Below are positions 55,443 to 64,000 of a stretch of DNA of 64,000 bases, one piece after another. The notes below the pieces were generated by a model that worked only from the letters and a program-made list of their open reading frames with translations, ran no database searches and was not told the origin of the DNA. Position 1 is the stretch's first letter, and every line of letters starts with the position of its first letter. A program made the position numbers and the translations under genes. The stretch is from Candidatus Limnocylindria bacterium (GTDB lineage: Bacteria; Chloroflexota; Limnocylindria; P2-11E), in assembly GCA_035699805.1 (NCBI GenBank), contig DASSPF010000133.1:9659-73658 (forward strand), read 5' to 3'.

Positions 55443-56461
55443 CGCCGCACGCGACCCAGGATGCGCAGTGCGCCCGTGTATGCGGGCTCGGCCACGAGGT
55501 ACGCCCGGTACAGCGCGCCGGCGGGCACGGTGTCGTGCGCACCGACCCAGCGCCGGACGACGCCGCCGAAGCCCTTCTTGAACAGGTACGGGCCGTACAT
55601 CGGGTCGTCCTTTCGCTCGGTGTCCTGCGGGATGCCGCCCATGTCGAAGACGCGACGACCCGCCCGCTTCGCTTCGATGATGCACTCCCAGAGCAGCGCG
55701 TACGCCGCGTAGCTCTTTCGCCCGGCCTCGTTCGTCGCCCCGGTCTGGTACAGCGCGCGGTCACCGCAGCGCCACACCATCGCCCCCGCGACCGGCGCGC
55801 CGTCCACGTAGGCGAGACGGAGCGACGCCAGGCCCGCGTCGATGAGCGTCGACCACGTGGCGCGGTAGTACTCCCAGGTGCGTGTGATGAAGCCGGCGCG
55901 GCCCCCGGTCGTCGCGTACAGCTCGTAGAACGAGCGCAGCGCGGCCTCATCCGAGGCGGCGCGGATCTCGACGCCGCGCTTGGGTCCCTGGCGCACGCTC
56001 CAGCGCGTGTCCTTCTCGAGCGACGCGAAGAGCGCGTCCTCCTCCGGCATCAGGTCCAGCACGAGCGTCGCGAGCACCGGCTGGACGTCCTGCGGCGATC
56101 GGCGGAAGCCGGCCGCGGCGAGCGCGGCCCCGGCGTCCTCGGACGCGAGCTCGGGGTCGACCTTCAGGAACACCGCCCGCCGCTCGCGCGCCAGCTCGGC
56201 GAGCCGCCGGAGCGCGCGCTCCAGTCCCGCGCCGTCGCCGGGCGCGACGATCGGGCCGCGCGGGACGTAGCCGATCGGCCGTCCGGGGAGCGCGTCGCGC
56301 CACAGGACCAGCGCGAGCGGCAGGGGATCGCCGACGCGCACGTACTCGGCGCGCCAGCCCTGCGCCGCTCGGATCCTCGCCCACGCGCTCGACTGGAGGG
56401 TGTGGCCGCCCGGTGAGCGCGCGGCGGCATCGTCCCAGCCGGCGGGTGCCGCCTCGCTCAT
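55439..56461 (-). CDS. FemAB-family peptidoglycan interpeptide-bridge aminoacyltransferase, paralog 1
   Basis: Start trimmed to MSEAAPAGWDD. The FemX-like fold pattern is shared with the next gene (LQSSAWARI.../GYVPRGPIV.../FKKGFGG). Confidence 0.7.
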   Translation of the reverse strand: MSEAAPAGWDDAAARSPGGHTLQSSAWARIRAAQGWRAEYVRVGDPLPLALVLWRDALPGRPIGYVPRGPIVAPGDGAGLERALRRLAELARERRAVFLKVDPELASEDAGAALAAAGFRRSPQDVQPVLATLVLDLMPEEDALFASLEKDTRWSVRQGPKRGVEIRAASDEAALRSFYELYATTGGRAGFITRTWEYYRATWSTLIDAGLASLRLAYVDGAPVAGAMVWRCGDRALYQTGATNEAGRKSYAAYALLWECIIEAKRAGRRVFDMGGIPQDTERKDDPMYGPYLFKKGFGGVVRRWVGAHDTVPAGALYRAYLVAEPAYTGALRILGRVRR

Positions 56462-57543
56462 GCCGCCGACCGCGCGAGGCGCCGCCGCGCTGCGAGCTGC
56501 CACAGCGGATACAGCAGCGGGCGCACCGGGATCTCGAGCGCCCCCACCCACTCGGTCACCTCGCCGCCGAAGCCGAGCTTGAAGTTCTCCACGCCCGCGA
56601 GCGGATCGGCCGCGCCCTCGGCGAGGCCCCACATGTCGTACCGGCGCGCCCCAAGTGCGCGCATGCGCTGCATCGCGCGCCACTTCAGGAGATAGAACGG
56701 CCGCGCCTCCGCGTGCGCGCCGCTCCATCCGCCATAGAGCTCCCAGGCGCGATCGGCCAGACGCACGACGAGCAGCGCGCCGGCGTCCTCGTCGCCCACC
56801 CGCGCCATGAGCAGGTGCGCGCGCTCACCGAACGCCGCGAGCAGCCGCTCGAAGTACTCACGGGAGTGCAGGGCGAACCGGTCGCGCGCGCCGACCGCCG
56901 CGAGCACGCGAAGGAACCGCCCGAGGTCCGTCGTCTCCTCGGTGACCACGCCGAGCCGCTCGGCCTTGTGGATGTACTGCCGCGTCTTCTTGCGCATCGC
57001 CGCGAGCAGGTCGTCGGGCTCGCGCGTGAGGTCCATGAGCAGGGTGCGCCGCGGCTGGACGTAGACCGGCGAGCGACGGATGCCGGCGCGGGCGAGCTCC
57101 GCGGCCACCTCGGGGCCCGCCGGCTGCTCGGGGTCGCAGAGCAGGCTCGCGCATCGCTTGCGCGCGAGGGCGTCGCGGACCGCCACGATGGCGGCGGGGA
57201 GATGTGCCGGGTCGACGAGCGGACCGCGTGGCGCGTACGCGACCGTGATGCCCAGCGGGAGTCGCTTCGTCAGCACCTGCGCGACCCCGTGACGGACGCT
57301 GCCCCGCGAGTCCTCCAGCACGTAGCGCTCGGCACGCCAGCCCGTCGCGGCCTTGAGCTCGGCCCAGGCCGCCGACTGGAGGATGTGCGGCCGCCCGGTC
57401 GCGACGACGAGCTCGTCCCACCCCTGGGCTTCGGCGTAGGTCGCCGGGCTCGCCTTCAATCTGTCGCGCTCGCCTCGGCCCGCCTGCGGCGGCCTGCGGC
57501 TCGCCGCGTCGCTCCGCTCATCTGGTCTCGCTCCTCGCGGCAA
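56458..57543 (-). CDS. FemAB-family peptidoglycan interpeptide-bridge aminoacyltransferase, paralog 2
   Basis: ILQSAAWAELKAATGWRAE, VAYAPRGPLV, FKLGFGG. An alternative TTG start lies at about 57459. Confidence 0.7.
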   Translation of the reverse strand: MPRGARPDERSDAASRRPPQAGRGERDRLKASPATYAEAQGWDELVVATGRPHILQSAAWAELKAATGWRAERYVLEDSRGSVRHGVAQVLTKRLPLGITVAYAPRGPLVDPAHLPAAIVAVRDALARKRCASLLCDPEQPAGPEVAAELARAGIRRSPVYVQPRRTLLMDLTREPDDLLAAMRKKTRQYIHKAERLGVVTEETTDLGRFLRVLAAVGARDRFALHSREYFERLLAAFGERAHLLMARVGDEDAGALLVVRLADRAWELYGGWSGAHAEARPFYLLKWRAMQRMRALGARRYDMWGLAEGAADPLAGVENFKLGFGGEVTEWVGALEIPVRPLLYPLWQLAARRRLARSAA

Positions 57544-57594
57544 AGCCGCTCGTCACTCGTCTTGGGTCCGGGTGCCTCTCCGGCTTTCGTGACC

Positions 57595-59760
<2,166 letters not shown>

Positions 59761-59800
59761 TGGTCTTCCTGTTCCCTCACACGCTTGCGGTTTGGGCAGC

Positions 59801-59824
59801 AAAAAGGGCCCTTTTCCCGGGCCC
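59801..59824 (-). terminator. Intrinsic terminator (GGGCCC-loop-GGGCCC followed by T5 on the minus strand) upstream of topA
   Basis: Seen in sequence. It would terminate the trpS-manC transcript. Confidence 0.5.
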
Positions 59825-59913
59825 CCACGTCCATAACTCTACCCGGAGCGGCAACACGCTCTAGTTAGATATAGAGCGACCCGGCCTTTCCGGCGGCCAA
59901 GCGGGGCCTGGTC

Positions 59914-59950
59914 GGGCGAAAAATGGCCTGTTTTACGGCCGTTTTCGCCC
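59914..59950. other. Long imperfect hairpin (15/14-nt arms) 8 nt downstream of the manC stop
   Basis: GGGCGAAAAATGGCC-tgttttac-GGCCGTTTTCGCCC. Not followed by a clean U-tract. Confidence 0.4.
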
Positions 59951-59957
59951 GTCGGGA

Positions 59958-61034
59958 CTAGAGCAGGTCCTCGCGCTCCTCCCGGCGGAGGCGGTCGACC
60001 ACGTCCTTCACCTGCTCGGAGCGGTCGGCCGAGGCGACGAGCAGGGCGTCGGGCGTGTCGATGACGATGAGGCCCTCGACCCCCACCAGCGCGACCGTCT
60101 TCCCCGGCGCCCAGGCGTAGTTGCCGTCGGCGTCGACCGCGACATGACCGTCGGAGGACCAGTTGTCGCCCGGGCGGGCGACGATCGACGCGAGACGGGC
60201 CCAGCTCCCCACGTCGTGCCAGCCGATGTCTGCCGGGACGACCGCCACGTTCGCGGCCTTCTCGAACACGCCGTAATCGATGGTGGTGCGGTCGGTCTCC
60301 TCCCAGACCTCGGCGAGGACTGACTCGTACCTCGGCGACCCGATCGCCTCGGCGAGCGCGTCGATCGCCTTCGCCGTGCCCGGGAGATGCGCGCGGTACG
60401 CGGCGATGATGTCGGCGACCCGCCAGACGAACATCCCCGCGTTCCAGAAGTGACCGCCCGCGGCGATCATCCGCTGGGCCGCCTCGCGCTTGGGCTTCTC
60501 GATGAAGCGCTTCACCGTCCGCACCGGAACAGGCGTCCGCAGCGACGCGATGACCTCACCGGCCTCGATGTAGCCGAACCCGGTGTCCGGCCGCTCGGGC
60601 TCGATGCCGAGCGTCACGAGATTCCCGGCCTCCGCGGCGGCCGTCGCCGCGAGGAGCACGTCGCGGAACTTCGGGCGCTTGTCCACCACGTGGTCCGACG
60701 GCAAGACCGCGACGACCGCCTCCGGGTCGAAGACGTGGAGCGCGGCCATCGCCAGCCCGATCGCCGCCGCGTTGCCGCGCGGGTACGGCTCGATCACGAC
60801 GTGGTCGGCGCGCAGCTCGGGGAGCTGCTCGTGGATGAGCGCGCGGTGCTCCGGCGGGGCCACCGCGAAGATGCGCTCGCTCGGGATGATCTCGGCGATC
60901 CGGTCGACCGTGTCCTGCAGCATGCTGCGCTCTCCGAGCAGGCCGAGGAACTGCTTGGGGCGCGCTCGCCGCGACAGCGGCCAGAGGCGCGTGCCCGCTC
61001 CGCCGGAGAGGATGAGCGCGTAGAGCCGGGGCAC
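59958..61034 (-). CDS. manC: Mannose-1-phosphate guanylyltransferase (GDP-mannose pyrophosphorylase)
   Basis: Start trimmed to a GTG whose G is shared with the trpS TAG. N-terminus VPRLYALILSGGAGTRLWPLS. The upstream Arg-rich 196 codons of the 553-aa ORF are rejected. Confidence 0.8.
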   Translation of the reverse strand: MPRLYALILSGGAGTRLWPLSRRARPKQFLGLLGERSMLQDTVDRIAEIIPSERIFAVAPPEHRALIHEQLPELRADHVVIEPYPRGNAAAIGLAMAALHVFDPEAVVAVLPSDHVVDKRPKFRDVLLAATAAAEAGNLVTLGIEPERPDTGFGYIEAGEVIASLRTPVPVRTVKRFIEKPKREAAQRMIAAGGHFWNAGMFVWRVADIIAAYRAHLPGTAKAIDALAEAIGSPRYESVLAEVWEETDRTTIDYGVFEKAANVAVVPADIGWHDVGSWARLASIVARPGDNWSSDGHVAVDADGNYAWAPGKTVALVGVEGLIVIDTPDALLVASADRSEQVKDVVDRLRREEREDLL

Positions 61035-62077
61035 TACAGGCCGAAGTAGTCGAGCTTCATCGCGTGACGAACATCGTGGAGGGTCTGCGCCGCCTCGTGG
61101 CGCGCGCGCTCGCTGCCGTTCGCGATGATCTCGTTCACGAGCTTCGGGTCCGACGCGTACCTCGCGCGACGCTCGCGGATGGGTCCGAGGAAGGCCTCGA
61201 GGGCCGCATACAGCTTCTGCTTCACCTCGACGTCGCCCACCTTCCCCTTCCGGTACCGCTCCTTCAGGTCGGCGACCTCGGCCGTATCCGTGTTGAACAT
61301 GTCGTGGTAGACGAACACCGGGTTGCCCTCGACCGTCCCCGGGTCGGTCGCGCGGAGCCGCTTGGGGTCGGTGTACATGCCCATGACCTTGCGCCTGACC
61401 GTCGCGGGATCGTCGGCGAGGTCGATGGCGTTCCCGAGGCTCTTCCCCGCCTTGCTCGCGCCGTCGGTGCCGGGCAGGAGCGTATCGCTCGGGATGAGCG
61501 CGTCGGGCACTGGGAAGACCGGCGTGAAGAGCTCGTTGAATCGCCGCGCGATCTCGCGGGTCATCTCGATGTGTGACTCCTGATCGCGGCCGACGGGGAC
61601 GAGGTCGCCCTTCACGCAAAGGATGTCCGCGGCCTGAAGGATGGGATAGCCGAGGAGCCCGTACGAGGGCTGTGTGATCTCGTGGTCGCGCATCTGTTCC
61701 TTCAGCGTCGGGATGCGCTGCGCGCGCGACACGGTGACGAGCATGGAGAAGTACAGGTGAAGCTCGGTCGTCTGCGGCACCAGGGACTGCAGGTAGATCG
61801 TCACCTTCTCCGGATCGATGCCCGCGGCGAGGTTGTCGAGCACGACGTCCCGCACGTTCTGCCCGATCTCGTCGAGCCGCTCGAGGCGCGTCGTGAGCAT
61901 GTGGTAGTCCGCGACGAGCAGGAAGGTGTCGTAGGTGTCCTGCAGCTTCACGCGGTTCTGGAGCGTGCCCACGTAGTGCCCCAGGTGAAGCCGGCCCGTC
62001 GGGCGGTCACCCGTCAGGATGCGCTTGCGCGTCGGCACGGTGCCGGGCGCGCGCGTCGTTGGCGCGAGGCTGGTCAT
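61034..62077 (-). CDS. trpS: Tryptophan--tRNA ligase
   Basis: 347 aa (KRILTGDRPTGRLHLGHYVG HIGH motif, KMSKS-like KAGKSLGN). Confidence 0.85.
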   Translation of the reverse strand: MTSLAPTTRAPGTVPTRKRILTGDRPTGRLHLGHYVGTLQNRVKLQDTYDTFLLVADYHMLTTRLERLDEIGQNVRDVVLDNLAAGIDPEKVTIYLQSLVPQTTELHLYFSMLVTVSRAQRIPTLKEQMRDHEITQPSYGLLGYPILQAADILCVKGDLVPVGRDQESHIEMTREIARRFNELFTPVFPVPDALIPSDTLLPGTDGASKAGKSLGNAIDLADDPATVRRKVMGMYTDPKRLRATDPGTVEGNPVFVYHDMFNTDTAEVADLKERYRKGKVGDVEVKQKLYAALEAFLGPIRERRARYASDPKLVNEIIANGSERARHEAAQTLHDVRHAMKLDYFGL

Positions 62078-62766
62078 GGGACCCTCGATGCTAGCGTGCG
62101 GGCGAGCTCGTCCGCGACGAGACGCCCCACCTCATCGCGCTTTCCCACGAAGAAGTGATCGACGCCGCTCACCGTGGCGATGCGCGCGCGAGGCAGCGCG
62201 ATCGCGAGCTCGGCGGCCGTACCGAACTGGTCGTGCTCGGCGGCGACGATGTACGTCCCGTCCGGCACCGGCGGGAGCTCATGTGGCGCGAGGCTCACCG
62301 AGCGGAGCGGCACCCCGACCAGCGCCACCGCGTCGGCGCGACCGCCCTCGGCCATCCAGCGCAGCGTCATGAGCGCCCCGAACGAGTACGCGGTCACCCC
62401 GACGGGTGCTCCCGGCAGGAGCGCGCGGGCGTGCGCGACCGCCTCGCCGACATCGCGCCATTCCTCTCGGCCCCCGGTCCACTCCCCCACGCTCGCGCCC
62501 ACGCTGCGGAAGTTGAAGCGCAGCGCGTAGCAGCCTGCCGCGGCGACGGCGCGCGCCAGTGCGGCGACGAGCGGGTTGCGCATCGTCCCGCCATGCGTGG
62601 GAAGCGGGTGCGCCACCACGACGATCGCCCGCGGCTCGACGTCGGGGATGCGCAGGGTCGCCTCGAGGCGGTCGGCGATACGGAGGGCCTCTTCACGCAC
62701 GCGGCCCAGTGTCGCAGCCGGAACCGGATGGCGGCGGACGCTGTAATACCGGTGTCGTGCGACCAT
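62074..62766 (-). CDS. Alpha/beta hydrolase (short, YqiA/esterase-like)
   Basis: Start trimmed to MVARHRYYS. HPLPTHGGT and a YSFGA nucleophile elbow. The upstream Arg/Trp-rich extension is rejected. Confidence 0.55.
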   Translation of the reverse strand: MVARHRYYSVRRHPVPAATLGRVREEALRIADRLEATLRIPDVEPRAIVVVAHPLPTHGGTMRNPLVAALARAVAAAGCYALRFNFRSVGASVGEWTGGREEWRDVGEAVAHARALLPGAPVGVTAYSFGALMTLRWMAEGGRADAVALVGVPLRSVSLAPHELPPVPDGTYIVAAEHDQFGTAAELAIALPRARIATVSGVDHFFVGKRDEVGRLVADELARTLASRVP

Positions 62767-64000
62767 GGGCCGTCCTCTTCGCCGTGTCGGCCGTCCTGGC
62801 GGCAGCCTGCCAATCCACCGGTCCGCTCTCGTCCGCATCCGCCACGCCCGGCCCGACCGGTGGGCAGGCCAGCGCGGCGGCACCGACCCCCACCCCCAGC
62901 CCCACCGCGACGCCGTCACCGACCCTCGAGCCCCAGGTGGCGACCTGCAACATGCAGCTCACCACGAGCTTCGTGCTGGCCAACGACCTGACCTGCCCGG
63001 GCGACGCGTTCGTCATCCACACGAGCGGGATCGTTCTCGATCTGAACGGCCACACCATCACCGGACCCGGCATGGGGCCGCAGACCTGGCCGAATCCGCA
63101 GCTCGACAGCGTGGGCGTCCGCGCCGGCGGCCACACCGACGTGACCGTGCGCAACGGCAAGATCGTCGGCTTCTCCACCGGCATCTACTTCATCGACATG
63201 CAGCGTTCCACGATCGAGAACGTCGTGAGCGCGCAGAGCCGCTACGGGTTCTACCTCCACGCCTCCACCGGGCTCACCGTCACCGGATCGACCGTGATGG
63301 CGAACATCTATGGCCTGCATCTCCAGGCATCCAGCGGCAACGTCGTGCGCGGCAACAAGCTCATCCGCCAGACGTACAACAGCCCCGGCGGCTACGGGAT
63401 CTACCTCTACCGCAGCAACGACAACCGCGTCTTCGAGAACGACATCGACAACAACGTGAACTGGGGCATCTGGTTCAGCGAGGCGCGCGGCAACCTCATC
63501 TTCCACAACAACGTGCAAGGGAACAACCCGCCGGTGAGCGACAACCAGCCGGCCGCGAACCAGTGGTTCGATCCCGTGACGAAGCAGGGCAACTACTGGG
63601 CCGACTACAAGGGCCGCGATGCCGACGGCGATCTCATCGGCGACGCGCCGTATCCGATCCTCGGCCCCGGTGGCGCGGTCGACGCGTATCCCTTCGTGGA
63701 GCGTGACGGATGGAAGCGCAAGACGCGCCCCACCGTCGATCACTACCAGCCGGCGGCGGCGCGGCCGCCGCGCGAGGTCCGCGTCGTCGTGGTGACCGGC
63801 GCCGGTGTGCAGGTGGCCGAGCCGCAAAGCGGCGCGCTGCGCTCACTGGACGTGGCGGCGACGCAGGTGGCGCTCGGCACCGATGGCCGCACGCTCCTGG
63901 CGCTCGATGGGCGGGCGCTCACGGTGCTCGATCTGGGCGGCGCGGGCACGCGGCACACCCGCACCGTGCAGATCGACTCGGGGATCGTCGCCGCGAACCG
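62757..64000 (+). CDS. Lipoprotein with right-handed parallel beta-helix (NosD/PbH1-like) repeats, partial (runs off the window end)
   Basis: Not in the ORF track because it has no stop. The frame +1 relative to the listed 62765 ORF translates as (M)RPWAVLFAVSAVLAAACQS (lipobox), then a Pro/Thr linker, then repeated N-x-I/V beta-helix rungs and NYWADYKGRDADGDLIGDAPYPI. Confidence 0.65.
   Translation, partial: MRPWAVLFAVSAVLAAACQSTGPLSSASATPGPTGGQASAAAPTPTPSPTATPSPTLEPQVATCNMQLTTSFVLANDLTCPGDAFVIHTSGIVLDLNGHTITGPGMGPQTWPNPQLDSVGVRAGGHTDVTVRNGKIVGFSTGIYFIDMQRSTIENVVSAQSRYGFYLHASTGLTVTGSTVMANIYGLHLQASSGNVVRGNKLIRQTYNSPGGYGIYLYRSNDNRVFENDIDNNVNWGIWFSEARGNLIFHNNVQGNNPPVSDNQPAANQWFDPVTKQGNYWADYKGRDADGDLIGDAPYPILGPGGAVDAYPFVERDGWKRKTRPTVDHYQPAAARPPREVRVVVVTGAGVQVAEPQSGALRSLDVAATQVALGTDGRTLLALDGRALTVLDLGGAGTRHTRTVQIDSGIVAAN

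Noticed and set aside
55430-55450. Apparent one-base frame inconsistency at the murE N-terminal region
   Set aside because: Most likely my own transcription or offset error when reading across a line break. The ORF track reads through cleanly. I do not claim a frameshift.
59958-61619. Upstream 196 codons of the 553-aa manC ORF overlapping trpS
   Set aside because: It overlaps full-length trpS in another frame and is Arg-rich. manC starts at the GTG giving VPRLYALILSGGAGTRLWPLS.
63560-63580. GGTTCGATCC tRNA T-loop-like string
   Set aside because: It lies inside the beta-helix lipoprotein CDS and there are no flanking acceptor or anticodon stems. I found no other tRNA-like low-GC islands anywhere in the window.
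62765-63706. 313-aa ORF MGRPLRRVGRP... on the plus strand
   Set aside because: Arg/His/Pro-rich junk. The +1 frame encodes a clean lipoprotein and beta-helix protein with good codon bias.

Overview
This is a 64 kb, very high-GC window of densely packed bacterial core genome; the gene content and gene order look like a high-GC Gram-positive actinobacterium. Almost every real gene is a long ORF that agrees with the third-position G/C codon bias, and many neighbouring genes overlap by 1-4 nt (ATGA/GTGA) at stop/start, which suggests translational coupling. The many Arg/Pro/Ala-rich ORFs in alternate and antisense frames are GC artefacts.

Most of the minus strand forms collinear housekeeping operons:
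- rluB(partial)-scpB-scpA-HD protein-M50 protease (145-2580) and deoA-punA-nadK-tlyA (2615-6328).
- A roughly 12.7 kb coupled operon: alaS, two hypothetical proteins, ruvX, mltG, aroE, aroC, fused aroK-aroB, aroQ, efp, xseA, xseB.
- hisS-aspS-iscS-mnmA, followed by a DUF2029/GT87-like membrane protein and a small membrane ORF.
- typA-relA-recJ.
- An atypical FtsH-like protease with two small paralogous membrane proteins and an alpha/beta hydrolase.
- secD-secF with tatA and pyrF.
- A cell-wall cluster: murE, two FemAB-family paralogs, a P-loop kinase and a TolB-like beta-propeller.
- topA, manC, trpS.

Plus-strand islands:
- A secreted cyclophilin and an adjacent membrane protein.
- korAB (2-oxoacid:ferredoxin oxidoreductase), divergent from aspartase.
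- A luciferase-like oxidoreductase.
- phnDCE.
- A beta-helix lipoprotein that runs off the 3' edge and is missing from the ORF track.

I found no rRNA, tRNA, CRISPR array or mobile element. Recognisable intrinsic terminators lie upstream of alaS, downstream of tatA and in the topA-manC spacer. The regions I consider most worth follow-up are the PilM/FtsA-like protein with its membrane partner wedged between alaS and ruvX, the FtsH-like module, the murE/Fem/kinase/TolB cluster, and the non-canonical alaS start.
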